DNA of 60,000 nt from Callorhinchus milii (taxonomy: Eukaryota), in contig NW_024704742.1 of the NCBI RefSeq assembly GCF_018977255.1, positions 1,304,001 through 1,364,000 on the forward strand, written 5' to 3'. The notes beneath the pieces were generated by a model. The model ran no database searches. It saw nothing but the letters and a program-made list of their open reading frames with translations, and had not been told where the DNA came from. Numbering within the stretch: the stretch's first letter is position 1; each line of letters opens with the position of its first letter. This document shows, piece after piece, positions 38,501 through 51,689 of the stretch. The position numbers and the translations under genes are program-made.

Positions 38501-39822
38501 TGAAGCACTTTGAGACATCTCGAAGACGTGATAAGGCGCTATATCAAATGCAAGGATTATTATTATCTACACAACAGGCATATCTGACTGCAATAATGTT
38601 AGAGGAGTGCAGATTAATCAGTTTATTCATTAACTAAGGTAGTTCGAAAGACCAAATTACATTTCCCTTTGTGAAAGCAGAATAATGACATCCATTATCG
38701 CTGCTTAATAATTGCTAAATAACTGAGTCTTACTTCTCCTGCCCAGTTATCATGTTGTTGTTGTTGTTGGTCAAGGAAATAGATATAGACGGTATAATGC
38801 ATGGGACAGATTTAAATCTGTCCAGGTAGATAGGAAGAACTCCTCCAATAATTCAAGCTGACCAACACAAAACTACCTTTACGCACCTACCACCAGCGAT
38901 AGATGGTTGATGTCAGGAATCAAAAAGGCACACTAGGTCAAGCAAGTAGCGTTCCAATGTGGTGTGGTTGAGGTGCATTCCTACAGAGCTGAACCATTTC
39001 AACAGGGAATTGAATGGATTTGTGATGGTAAAAGGGTTTGGAATTGTGAGAAACAAGTGGAATTTAGAAATGGGACCCTCTAGATCAACCCATTGCCTGT
39101 GGGGCCTTCAAGAAGTGGCCCATCGAACGTTCACACTTGTCTCGGTGATTCTGTTTTAAATCAGTGTTGTTGTGTCCAGTAGTGATGAATACTGAGTGGT
39201 GATGTTGATGGTGGGGCCATCAATGAAGAAATATTCAATCAAGACACGTTATTCGGTTGGCGAGATGGAACTATAGCGGTCTTGCGAGGTCGATGATGAT
39301 TATTGTTATTACTTTTATCATTATATAAAAAAATTAATGAATAATAATGATCCCTACAGATTTGTTTTGATAAATGGCAGGATCCAGACTTTGCCCTTAG
39401 TATTCATTCAGTGAAAAATACAGTCGGAAAAATATTCAATCTTTTTCTTAAAAGATCACAAGATTTGTTCAGATGAAGAAGATCCTTCCGATCTCATCCC
39501 TCCAGAATATAGTAATTCTTTACAAATGAAAGTTGGGAAAATTCTACTCGACTGGAAGGAGCCGGCACAGATATCATGGGCCGAATGGCCTTCTTGTGTG
39601 CTGTACATTTCCATGCTCCTGTGTTCTACATTTCATGAGCGTGTTGGGGATAAAGCATGTCAATGGGATTGAATTGATCTGCTTCCCCTGGAGTCGTTGC
39701 GGACTCGATGGACCGAATGGCCTCCTTCTGTGCTGTACATTTCTATGTTTCTCTATGTTTCTTCGCAGATGGTCAAGAAACAAACATTAGTTGTGCGTTC
39801 CTGTAGGACTGAAAGCACTTAC

Positions 39823-39970
39823 CTGAACAACTATCAGCTTAGTTTGGTTTGCAGGGGGAGAGTCTGCATCTTTCACATTCTCAAAGAAGAAGTCGTAGTT
39901 TTCCAGCATGCTGGCCATGAGCTTGTTGGAAATATTTTGCTCTTTCATTCCTTCAAAACCAGGGGAAACG
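39823..39970 (-). CDS. FAM13A: FAM13A internal coding exon (human exon ~5), end of RhoGAP domain
   Basis: Acceptor ttttgttctaccctgcag| and donor CAG|gtaagt; 148 nt, phase 2->0, in frame with the 43824 exon. Translates as VSPGFEGMKEQNISNKLMASMLENYDFFFENVKDADSPPANQTKLIVVQ; recalled human sequence is VPPGLEGMKEQDLCNKIMAKILENYNTLFE...LARLIIVK. Confidence 0.95.
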
Positions 39971-42900
39971 CTGCAGGGTAGAACAAAATGGAAGCATGTT
40001 ACTCACAGTATCAAATATAATACACAGTGGCAGCTATTTATCCACTATACCCACTGGACCAAACTAACCAAGTCAGAAAAATCAGAGCACAGTCTGCCCT
40101 GTTAAGCTTTGAGCCAGGATTAATGCGAGTTATTTTCTTATTCGAGTCGGGCGCATTTCCAGAAATCCCGTGACTCACGGCGTCTCACGATATTTACAAA
40201 ATAATATTTCAGTAATGATAAGATCTGATACTATTTCAACTCCTTTCACAGTGTAATAGCGCCTCGAGCTTAAAAACCACACAAATTGATCACTTTGACC
40301 CTGTCATCATCATGGCATTCACTATTGGCACCCACCTCGTCTCCCCCCGACCCTTCACTCGGATGGATTACATAGACTAAAACAGCTTTGAGCACAGTTT
40401 AAGGATTTATTCAGTTTCGAATCTCTCATGGTGCCAACAAACTTATTGAACTTTTCCCCTTACTCAATTCTAGTCTGCCTTAAACTCCTTCCCTCCCTCG
40501 ACACCCCTGTCTTGCCCCTCTGCCACTTTGCCTCTATTTCTGAACATTTCGCCGCTGAACATTTTGTTCCCGATTGTTAAGTGTTTCACTCTACGGAAGA
40601 AAAACAGTCAACAATGCCAAAAATATTAAACAGCGTAGTCAAGGGGATGAAAGCATTGATGATGTTAAGCTAGGAGAACGTTGCGACGTACAGGATTTGC
40701 AATTAAATAAGGCAGTGTAGATTACACAGCACGTACGGCACGTCTACAGTAAATAGTTGAATATTCTATCAATTATTGAAACGTTCAATCAAATATTCAG
40801 AGCTTGAGGTCCTCAAAATCTCAGTTTGTACCACTATCCATCCTCGCAGACCAGGACAGCTCCAGAGGTCTGATATGCGACTTGATTTTTGCCTGCAGGG
40901 CCACTTTGTTTGGAAATTTAAGATTGGTCAGAATTGGGGAAAATTCTTTCATTCGGCTTGAATTTGGCTTGTTCTTCAGGACTGCAGAAAGCCAGCTTCC
41001 ACATTAAGCCTGCGAACCCAAAATGTTGCGCAATTCTGCACCACCTTTAACTGATAAGACAAAATGGGTAATTAGGCCACCATCCCAGCGCCTCATCATC
41101 CCACACTATATACAGTCTATCCGCTTTACAATATATTCTGTCAAGTGCTTTGAGACGTCTCAACGACATGATACACTGCAAAATTACATTTGTATCGCGC
41201 CTTTCATGTTGGGAGGAAGTCCCAAGGCGCTGGACAGTCAGATAAGGCGCTATATCAAATGCAAGGATTATTATTATTAATTTGTATTGCATCATATATG
41301 AGACTTGTGTTTAATTTTTGCTCTCCAATGAGTTATTGCCTTCCTTTGGGTACTACAATCAGCCCGAGGTTCTTTGTATGAAAGAGGAGACTAGTAAGGG
41401 TTTTGCTCCTGATGCCAGCCCAGACACCACTGCGAGAAAGGACATAGAGAGGGCAGGTTAGGCCCCACTTTACACGACATTCGCTATGTAGGTTTCCACA
41501 TGAAGAATGGGTTCTTGGGAGGGTGAACCACAAGTCAGTACTTTCAAGAGTGATGAGGAGAAAACTGGAAGAGGAGCTGGAACTTATTCTGCACAATGTC
41601 AGGTCACGCTGATATATACCAAACAGTTTCATTAAAAAAAATCGGATGGAGTAGCTCTGTCTCTTAGCAGATGAGAACCATTTCCTCACCGAGAAGGAGG
41701 GACAAGTGAAAGTTATGGTGCTCTCAGACTATTCCTACTACCATAATAATAAAAACAATAATCCTTGCATTCGTTATAGCGCCTTATCACGTCTTCGAGA
41801 CGTCTCAAAGCGCTTCACAGGATACACTGTAAAGTGAATTGACTGTGCGTATTTTGTGGACGAAATGCGGCAGCCGACCGCGCACAGCAGCGTCCCAGTC
41901 ACCCGCAGAACGGCATCGGTTTCAAACACATTCCGTTTTCACGAGTGAGCGACTTAGCTGGAAATGTTAATATGTACAACGTGTACGTCGAGGGCATCAC
42001 GAGCTGTTCTCCTGGAATAATGGCATGCAGTCACAAACGCAAACGAGCTGCATGTGCTTCCCTTTGACTCAGCGGCTTAGGAACGCTAATACGCTGTCGC
42101 ACAAACCCTGAGCCTTCGGCTAACGATAAGCCGAAAGTGTTGATTCTCCCCCCTTTCAGCGGTGGGGGAGAGAGAATCAACAGCTTTCATTCTTCGCCGT
42201 TATGTATATATATCTGTATCTTTTTTATTATTATTTCTTAATCCTTGCAATACAAATTTACATTTATGTAGTGGCTTTCAGGTTGGAAGGACGTCAACAC
42301 GTTTAAACAATACCAGCCTGGCACCCGAGCTTCCGTTATTGAAAGTAGATTAACTATTCCATTTGGAATAACTTCCAAAGTAAAAAGGCCTCCAATTATA
42401 TTAAATCCTGTAACTCTCTGTGAATTCTGTTTGTAAAGAGAAGCCGTTCTGCCCAAACCACAGCAGTTTATTTACTGGGTACTTTGAGAGCTTACCACCA
42501 AGTCCTTTGCCTAATTTGCGTACGTATTAAATAAATTAAAGGCATTTTTATATGTTGAGCGATGTGGCGAAGATGAAGAAAAAACGGATTGGGTATATTT
42601 TGTTCCAACAGAATAAATAGCTTTCATTTCAACTAATATCCCCAATGACTGTTGCCTATGGAAAGAAATAGGAGTAAATGGTGAGCATCTTACTTAAGAG
42701 GATTGAGTCGCCTGCGGTTATCAAGTCTGTCTCTCATACGTTTCTGGTGATGGGTTCTTTCCATGTCAGCCATGAGTGCATTGCCATCCACGGAGCTTTT
42801 ACAGACCTTACAGTTTTGTCACTCTTTTACGATCTAATTCACTTATACTTTTACCAGTTGCTAACTCTTTGATCTCTGCCTTTTCTCCCCCCACGATCGA

Positions 42901-43823
42901 GCGAGGCAGTGCTTTTTTTTTGCTCAGCCTCTCTGCTGAACGCGCTGAGTCCCCTCTCCTCTTGCATTCGTCCCTCCTTACAAACTGGGGGTCCCTTCAA
43001 CTGCCGCTGGTCTTCTTTTTTTTAAAATCTACCTTCCTCCCTCTGGAACCCTTCCCCGTTCAAACGCAAACATTCCAGCTGCTGCTGTCGTCCATTCCCT
43101 TTCCACCCGCCCTTTAAATCCATCAAACATTTCTGGGTGTCCTGGCGATTGGATCTCCTGGGATCACTTTCCTGACAGAAGCAAATAGCTGCACCTGGTC
43201 AGAGCCTGGTCAGGGTTTAACCACAGGGAGCAAACGTCAAGCCATCGATTCGCGGAGACCTCCTTGTCCTGGGGTCTGTGGATAGCCGCTGATGCTTAAG
43301 CAGCACCTGAGCCCAGCTGGTTCGGGCGGAGTGGTCGGGCAAGCACACGGCCTAATGACACCTCCAGCAGCTGAGCGCACGTGACTGGAGGTGGATCCAG
43401 TCTGACTCCAGTCTGGCCTTCACCCCGCTACCCGCCCGCTTCACCCACCAACCCCTTCACCTTGCCCCCTTTCCTCAGCTGCCTTCAGCCCTCGCAAGCG
43501 TTACCTGCGCCCCTCCCTCCCGCCCCCACCACACGCCCGCTCCCCTCACAAAGGACAGCACTACACAACCAGCCATTCCACACACACACACACACACAGA
43601 CAGAAAGCCTCACGATTTGACCACTCGGTCAACAGACAGTAATTCCAGTTTAATCAGCAGAGGTACGCAGGGATTCGTTTAATGGTATCACTTTGATCCC
43701 ATTCAGATCCAGAGGAGTGCAAGGGTTTGGGATTATCTAATAATACCTTTAGATCCCAAACTGGCAATATTGAAACTAAAATTAAACAGCATCAACTGTT
43801 TCGCATCGAAAGCAATGACTTAC

Positions 43824-43995
43824 CGGAATACATTGGGGCCAAACACTGTGCCGAGGTTGTAAACAGTCATTCGGTTGGCCTCATGGTGAATAGCTACTTG
43901 CGTTAGAAAATGGCACAAAAATTTCAGCAGGCAGTAGTTAATGTCTGGAAGCTGCTTTATAAGGTACTTGAGTTCTTCTAGGTTTCCGTTGTGGT
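43824..43995 (-). CDS. FAM13A: FAM13A internal coding exon (equivalent of human exon ~4), RhoGAP domain
   Basis: Acceptor ttctttttcattccag| and donor CG|gtaagt; 172 nt, phase 1->2. Translates as (D)HNGNLEELKYLIKQLPDINYCLLKFLCHFLTQVAIHHEANRMTVYNLGTVFGPNVF(R), with the RhoGAP C-terminal motif NxMxxxNLxxVFGPN. Closer to recalled human FAM13A (LIKELPDTHYCLLKYLCQFLTKVAKHHVQNRMNVHNLATVFGPNCFH) than to FAM13B. Confidence 0.95.
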
Positions 43996-44416
43996 CTGGA
44001 ATGAAAAAGAACTATTTATGGAATGCACGAATGCAGAAAATACACAGAGAAGTCAATCGTGACAAAGGCGCTACATCAAATGCAAAGATTATTATTATTA
44101 TGATAATCTATTTCTATCATCGACTGCAAAAGCAAAAAACACTGCCTTGTTTTTTAATAGAAAATTAGGCGGTGCCGAAAACGACCTTCACTGGACACCG
44201 AAGTTGGTACCATCCTCGTGCTCATAATGATTTCCGTTTGTTTTAAATAGCGGTCACGCTTTGATATGGCCGTATCTGCACTTAGCCGGGAGTTGCGGAA
44301 TTCTGCAAATTGACCAATACCATGAACCCAATCTCAAAATAGGTTTTGTGGTATTGCTCAACTATTGCATCCTGTAGACTCTCACTCTCTCCCCACCGAC
44401 CCACTAGTCTATGTCA

Positions 44417-44745
44417 GGCAACAACAACCAAAAATTTACACGTGTGTAGCACCTTTCAAGTCGGGAGTACGTTCCCAAGATGCTGGACAGTCAGAGTTTC
44501 GGCCCCGAGCTGGGGGTCGGGATCGGGGAGGGTGGAGGCCAGAGCCGGCTGAGCGGAGGGAGCGGGCGGGTTGGTAGGGGGTTAGGAGGTCGCAGAGGTA
44601 GAGAGGAGCGAGACCGTGGAGGGCTTTGAAGGTGAGGACCAGGATCTTGAACTGTATCCTTTGTGTGATGGGAAGCCAGTGGAGTCGGGCGAGGATGGGG
44701 TGTGGGGGGGTGATAGGGTCACCGAGCCTGGTGCGTGAGAGGACA
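44417..44745 (-). mobile_element. L2 3' fragment with internal deletion; further L2 fragments at ~8170-8270(+), 12130-12385(+), 12725-13010(-), 27140-27265(-), 29060-29300(-), 37755-37950(-)
   Basis: ILARLHWLPITQRIQFKILVLTFKALHGLAP, then a jump to the type 1 tail. Confidence 0.87.
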
Positions 44746-46377
44746 CAGAGGCTGCAGAGGCAGGGAGGTGCAGAAGACAAAATTCCATTATTCACCAATA
44801 AAACCAAATCATTCATCTCACTATGATTTGTGAGATGTTGTCGGGGCTGGCTAGCAGTGGTGCTACTCTGAATTAACAATAATCATTACACTTCAAGGTG
44901 ACTCACTGGATGAGAGCCTTTAAGGTGCGTCGTAGTGTTAAAATCTTAAATATTTCTAAGACAATTCAGTCAAAAATAAATGGTACAACACACTCCTTTT
45001 ATGTCAATTCCACCCAAGCGGAAACCAGAACATTGAAATCAAGCCTAGTGTTAACTATGTACAATTATGTATTTTGAAAGCCATGAAGAGCATTCAAGCC
45101 TTCTTAATTGGGAACTTTACACCTGCATAATTGGCTAATTTGCATAAGGTCTAAAGAGTCAGTTTTGTTCCTATTATTTCCCAAACGAAAGTGACCCACT
45201 TATTTGAGTACGTTTCCATCCACTCTCCCTTAGTTTTGCTTACTTTCAATTTAAAAGAAAGGACTATCGTGTCAGAGCGGGAATCTGCCCACCGGCTACC
45301 AGATAAACAGCAATAATACTGAAGTTCGAGAAAATCTCCGGTGGTATTTCTTGCAGCGACGCTGGCCTGTACTCTCATCACAAGACGGTTTAATTGTAGG
45401 TGGTGCGGAACGCATTGTCTGTGCTGAAGAACAGCGAGCGCTCAGACAGACGTGTGCTTCCTGATTCCAGCAACAGTCAGTAAAGAACGTAGGTATATGT
45501 AGAGCTGGAATGGAGTGCTGGAGTTCATCTCTCCAGGCAGTCCCAAACTTCAAGAAATAATACTGTACTATCTCTCATACTGCACAACCGATTTCTTGAT
45601 CTTTAACATCCACGGCTGTTTGTGGGGACGCTGCTGTGCCTTGGGACGTCCTCCCCACGTGAAAGGCGCTATACAAATGTAATCTTGTTATTGTTGTTGT
45701 TGTGCGCAATTGGCTGCCGCGTTTCGCCCACAAAACACACAGTCAATTCACTTTACGGTATATCCTGTGAAGCGCTTTGAGACGTCTCGAAGCTGGGAAA
45801 GAGGCGCTATAGCAAATTGTTATTATTATTATTATTATCCACCTGAACAGGCAGATGAGATCTAACATCTCATCTTAAGGACACCATCTCTGACACTGCA
45901 GGTTTCCTCCAGCAATGCACTGGAGGGTCAGCTTAGACCGTCAGTCCCACGATGATACGCTTGAAACCACAACCATCCGTCTCAGAGGCGAGAGGGCTCC
46001 CCAGTGAGCCAGGCTAACACCTACGTCAAATGCAATGATTATTATCTATTATTAAAAATCTGCTATAAAAATAAAAAAATTAAATATATTCTTTAAAACT
46101 ACTCCAGTAGCATGCAACTGCCCTTGGTTCTGTTTTGTTAATGGGATTTGACGTTGGTAAAGTAAGGACCCTGTATTAATGCACATGGCAGATAACCACA
46201 ACTTTACCACCCCACCCCCCACCTCCAAATAAATCCTTTGAACTTGGGGGAGAGAGGAGAGAGGAATAAAATTCCACGATTTTGGACTTCAAATAAGCCT
46301 CTTTGACCTAAACTCCAGAAAGGAATCCACAAAACCACAAACATTCACTGACCGACTGACCAACTGACCGACTGGAT

Positions 46378-46436
46378 TGAATGAATGAATGAATGAATGA
46401 ATGAATGAATGAATGAATGAATGAATGAATGAATGA
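46378..46436. repeat. (GAAT)n microsatellite flanked by GACC/GACT-type tetramers
   Basis: Directly visible. Confidence 0.95.
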
Positions 46437-46789
46437 CCTTGACCGACAGGATCAACCCGACTGACCGAGGGATTGAAACGTAAAGGCTTTAGTAAGCTCT
46501 GGCACAAAGACATTCATTCAACGCTGTATTCGTCGGGCCAAAATTATCTACTTTTTCAGAGTGTTCACAGTTTCTTGGAAATGGCTTCATGAGGAAACAG
46601 CCTATCACTAGTATTTTCAGAGCACTGCATTTGTTTAGCCACAACAAGACACAATTGTTTCGGGATTTTTGTGAAAAGACCGAAACCACAGATCTTCGCT
46701 GGCACGAACATTGTTTCCCTATATTCACAGGACTGTACATCTACTCCAGCTCTAAGCAGTCAGATTACGAGGACCACACACAGACAGGC

Positions 46790-47420
46790 TCTCGCATAGT
46801 GACTCAGTTGGGGAAGTGGCTACTCAATGCTAAACGGACTCATACAGAGCAGGAAGGTCCCACATCCACATTCAGGTCCCCTTGGAGTGTGCTGAGTTCA
46901 CTGATCACAGCTGGGGACAATAGTAATAATCCTTGAACATGATACAGCGCCTCATCTCGTCTTCGAGACGTCTAAAAGCGCTTCACAGGACATACAATAA
47001 AGTGAGTTGATGATATTTTGTGGGCAAGGCACGGCAGCCAATTGCGCACAGCAGTGTCCCACAAATAGTCGCGGATTGAAGTGATCGATTTATTATTATT
47101 ATTTTTTTTGAGGAATTATTACCCCGGGAAAGCGATCCGCCAATCGACTAACAACCGGGTTCCTTTGGAACTAGTAAACAGTTCCGCTGGTAAACAGAGG
47201 CGTGTGGAGTAAGGAAACTTGCCGACCATTTCGCTCTGCCCGGGAATCAAACCCAGGAGAGTGCAAGGAGAGTGCTCTAACCACTGAGCTACAGGATTCC
47301 CACCATAGAGAGGCACTGCAAAATGATTCAGCGCTCTTGAGCGGAGGGAAGAGAAACAACCACTGCTCCCACTTCTGATCACTGTCCAATGATTTCTGAT
47401 AGAAAACGTATAGAAGTGGG
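46790..47420 (+). mobile_element. AmnSINE2-like ancient SINE relic split by a younger SINE; other pieces at ~17005-17065(-), 41400-41530(+), 54060-54225(+)
   Basis: CATACAGAGCAGGAAGGTCCC..GTGTGCTGAGTTCACTGATCACAGCTGGGG before the insertion and CTTCTGATCACTGTCCAATGA after it; family name from a recalled consensus. Confidence 0.5.
46921..47302 (-). mobile_element. Full-length SINE subfamily B
   Basis: All modules present; inserted into an older AmnSINE2-like relic. Confidence 0.87.
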
Positions 47421-47629
47421 CATCAAGTAAGAACTCTTCAAGGTCTGTGAAATTCTGTGGAATTCTCCCAACGTGTTTTCCCTGCTTTTGTTCATATTCC
47501 TTCATACCATCACTTCCCAAGTACTTATCTTCCTCTAAAACTTCTCAAGTAATGATCTTTGGACGGGACCTTCAACAATCTGACAATTACCCATGTGTAT
47601 GTCAGCTATTTGTCAGATACATGTGGAAA

Positions 47630-47797
47630 TTCATCGCCGTGCTTAAGAGAGAACTGGATAGACATTCGGGGAGGACAAATTTGCAAGGCTATGGGGAGAG
47701 AGCAGAGAAGTGGGATTAATTTGGATAGCTCTTTCAAGAGCTGGCACGGGCACGATGGGCTGAATGGCCTCCTTCTGCGCTCTATAATTCTATGATC
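47630..47797 (+). mobile_element. CR1 3' end; related tails at 39555-39630 and 39695-39762 (tandem); older CR1 3' relics at ~5365-5640(-), 29300-29490(-), 38940-39120(+)
   Basis: GGCACGATGGGCTGAATGGCCTCCTTCTGCGCTCTATAATTCTATGA, a typical CR1 tail with (ATTCTRTG)-like end. Confidence 0.8.
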
Positions 47798-50099
47798 CCG
47801 GAATTCTCAGTTTGGTTTGGATACTCTTAAGCTTGGTGATGAATTTCCGCACGTATCTGACAAATTGCATGTCACACACAATCACCCGCTAGTACGTTCC
47901 GCCCACAAAATATCCAGTCAATTCACTTTACGGTACATTCTGTGAAGCGCCTTGAGACATCTCGAAGTCGTGATAAGGCTCTGTATCAAATGTAAGGATT
48001 ATTATTTATTCAAATCAGGATCTGTTTGAGGAACTGGAGAGAAGCAAACAACTTTACTCAGAACACGATGCACCGTCCCTGGACTATTTTGTTCCACTGC
48101 ACAACTGCAACATATGGTGGGACAGACTAAACCTAGAGTATCATAAACCAGTCGACCAAGCATGTGATTGTGCATTTTTTTTGTTTACCACCACCGCTAC
48201 GAAACGTTTTCTTCATCTGACCTGATCATAATCACTTCTGGTTATAATTAGCAAGACCGTGCAAGGTCACCGTCACTGAAATGATGCACTTTATATCCTC
48301 GTTGAAGTTGTCAAAATCTGCATTAGTCAAACTAGATTCTCCAAATTAACTGTACAACAGCCTGAGATGTCCAGGTAGTCCTGAAGTTGGCAACTGAGTC
48401 ATGATGGCTGACTAGTTGACGCATTCTAAAGCCAAAATACCATTAAAGTTTGACTTGTTTCGCACTCGTGTGCAGCTCTTCTGCTGATTGTCATTGGATA
48501 TATTGAACACAAATGAACACAGCTGTAACAAGCAATACCCTACTTCCCAGCGGTAGGATTTATGACTGTAAAGTTCACTTGAAGGCTGTTGCCCACTGCT
48601 GTAAAAGGGAATTTCTTATTCATACATGGTAGGATTTCAAATACCGATTAACCCTCTCAGTAAACACTCTCTGAACAGCAAACCTTCACAAAGAGAAGGA
48701 AGGACAACTTTCTTCGGGTATGCCTCAGGCATTCATTCTGCACCGACTTTCCTCAAATAAAAAGTCTGGGATCATCTTGTTCTGAATCTTTATGTTGCCT
48801 TATAGTTGTTTGGTCTCCATCTCAACACCAAGTGCAATTCTTCCACTGCTTTGACTAGAAGGTTAGGATGATGCCAACATCACTTTGGTAATCGAAGGTA
48901 GTAACTGTTGCAAACGTCCTTACAATCAAACTATCTGCCGCAAATCAGTTAGTTCATCTTGCAATGGTCTATCTGGGACACGTCCAACTTGTCTGGCAGC
49001 GAGAGAGGTCGAGTCTTGTCTAGTTCTTTCCCGAATACCTTGTTTTATTTTTGAGGTATGGTACATTAGCCGATCCTTGTGAGGCTTGTGCTATCAGTTA
49101 GTCTCAACAAACGAAAACTCAGGCTCTTTTGCTGGTCTTTCTATGGGTTGTTTTTTCCTGAGCCGAATATCCACGTGAGCAAGAAAAGACGGAAACCTTT
49201 CTTCTTCCAGCCGCTGTCCTCACCACCAATCTCTCTGTGTAAATAAACGTTGGGTGCTCATCTACAAAACCAATAAACTGAACAGTAATTACTCTGAAGC
49301 TTTATGCGGTGTTGCATTGTGTAAGGTTCTCTCTTCTGTGCTCTTATCCCCAGGAAAAGTTGGTCATTTAGGAAAGAAAATAAACAGTCGTTACAATCAA
49401 GTATTATGCGAGTAGTTGGTCTTAACTGACGTCCTCCTGATGTGAAAGGCACTACACAAATGTAATCTGTTGTTGTTGATGTTCACAAGTTTAAACCCTT
49501 TTAGTGATCTGTCTATGTGTTATACTGTCAAGTCTAGTAACTGTTTTTGTAGCCAACTACACAACTATTCCCAGGTGTGTGTGTGTGTGTGTTGGGGTGG
49601 GAGGGCGCTTGACAAATTCCACAGGTTACTTCGATAATTCCAGATCGGCAAATTACCGGGGAACAGAAAGGAAGGACAAAAAACAGCCGAGCGGAAGAGT
49701 TAAAAAAAGTTGATTTGTTTTTACAACATGATGCGCTCCCGCTGTCCGGCTGTCCATTTTCCACGCGTGTTAAGCCTCCCGAGGTGTTTACAGTCCAGCC
49801 CTGTTATAATGCGCTGCACTGTAGCGCGAACTCACTTCTAACGTGTTTGCCTGGTGGATCCTTTTCGCTGTGCTGGCTTGCAGCTCAGCCACTCGTGCTA
49901 AAATGGCAGGCTTCCAGGTCATTAGGTCACATCCTGAGACGCTACCCTGGTACCGAGGGCTCGATATAAGTGCAAGTTGTTGTTGTTGTTGTTGTTCCAG
50001 TGGCCCATTTGTTGGCTCCGACTCCAGCCCGAGAAGCACCCATCAGCAAATGTCAGCAGGTTATCTGTGTGCTCCAACGTGTAGTAATATTCCTCTTTG

Positions 50100-50430
50100 G
50101 ATTTGAGATAGGACCTTATCACCTTGCTTGAGACATCTCAAAGCGCTTCACGGAATATGTACTGTAAAGTGGATTGGCTGTGCGTTTTGTGGGGCGAAAC
50201 ACGGCCGCAGTGTCCCACAAACAGTCGTGGATTGAGCGACCATTTTTTTTTTTGCGGGAGGGATTATCACGCACAGAAAGCGATCGGCCGATCGACTTAA
50301 CAACTGGGTTCCTATTTACTGCTGGGTCAACAGAGGCGCGGGGAGTAAGGCCTCACCGAGCCGGGGAATCGAACCCGGCTCCTCTTGCGTGCGAGGCGAG
50401 CACATTAACCACTCCACTGAAGGACTCCGC
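50100..50430 (-). mobile_element. SINE subfamily B
   Basis: Head with box B GGTTCGATTCC, central segment and tail. Confidence 0.82.
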
Positions 50431-51689
50431 AATAAACAGGAAAGAGTAAACGCTCGTGACAAACCAATGGCATAGTTTCACATCTTCTCCCCACCCACCC
50501 GCCCGCCCGCCCGCCCCCTCCCCTAATCACCAGCACCATTCCCAGGGAAACGTGCACGTGCAGAACAATGCAAACCTTTAAAGCTCGGGCTTAACTTTAA
50601 ATTCAGCTTCATTGCCAAGTTTGGTCAGCAATACTGATTTGTTGTTTTGTTCTCTCTTTCTGTAACAAGGTCACCACTCATTTGATGTTTGGCAACCAAC
50701 CTAAGTTTTCCTGCAGAACAGCTTGCAAACACTTCTGTTGGCACTCATTTGTACTGACAGATGTCAGAAGGCAAGGCACTGCTTTCATTAAACCATACGA
50801 AATTGCTGATGTTGAACAATATAACTGCCCAAAACCTGCCACTGTTTTCCCACATGACAATTCAGAAAAGCCTCCAGAGTAAACTGATGATTTAAATAAA
50901 CAGTGTCACGGCCCTCAAACCATCCGAAGCTAAACTCTTTTCAATAAAAAACACACACACACACACACACACGTTTGGAATGGAAGTGCGAGGTTACTGT
51001 GCCTCGCAGTGCTCTGAGCTATTGTTTCATTTATTTCATTTATGCAGCGCAACGGCGATTTCCATTGAGCTGAAGTGGACTTCCGCTAGACTTCTGCATT
51101 CACATGCCAGAAATCTACTGGGGCACGAAATAAGAAATCTCCCGCACTGCATGTCGCAAACTCAAGTTATTTCCTGCCCAGACATACTTTTCTTTTTTGT
51201 TTAAGTCAACAAACCTTTAGTAAGTACATTTGTAGCAGATCAACCGCCGACGCTGTCGAGTGGAGTGCAGTGAAGTGGTCACGCTGTACTTACTGCCTCG
51301 CTCACGAGAAATAAAATAATCAGGAGAGATTTGGCCTGTCTGGGAGCTGTGTGAAATCACTCACTGCCTCCTTGAAAAGCACTAAATAGATGAGTGTGGC
51401 AAATTGGAGAGGACAAAACCACATATTAGTTGTGTTGTGACTAAGTGCATTACAAATGCATCTTTGACACCATGCAAATGGAAAACAATTTTGCAGTCAA
51501 TGATCCGGAAATATTCACTATTGTACTGTATTTGGAATAAATGAAGCATTTAATTAACGCTAGTACAGTGTGGTGCTAAGAGTTAGTGCAGTGTACAACC
51601 CAGGGAGAACATAAGAGCAGTTCTCCCCTCGAGGTCTTTCTCGTCCAGGGGTAACAAACTCATTCACTTTTCCGGCCCAAAGAAGCCAA

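Noticed and set aside
45244..45381. Minus-strand ORF ending at a donor-like AAA|gtaagc upstream of exon 4
   Set aside because: It ends in phase 0 whereas exon 4 needs phase 1, and has no RhoGAP similarity.
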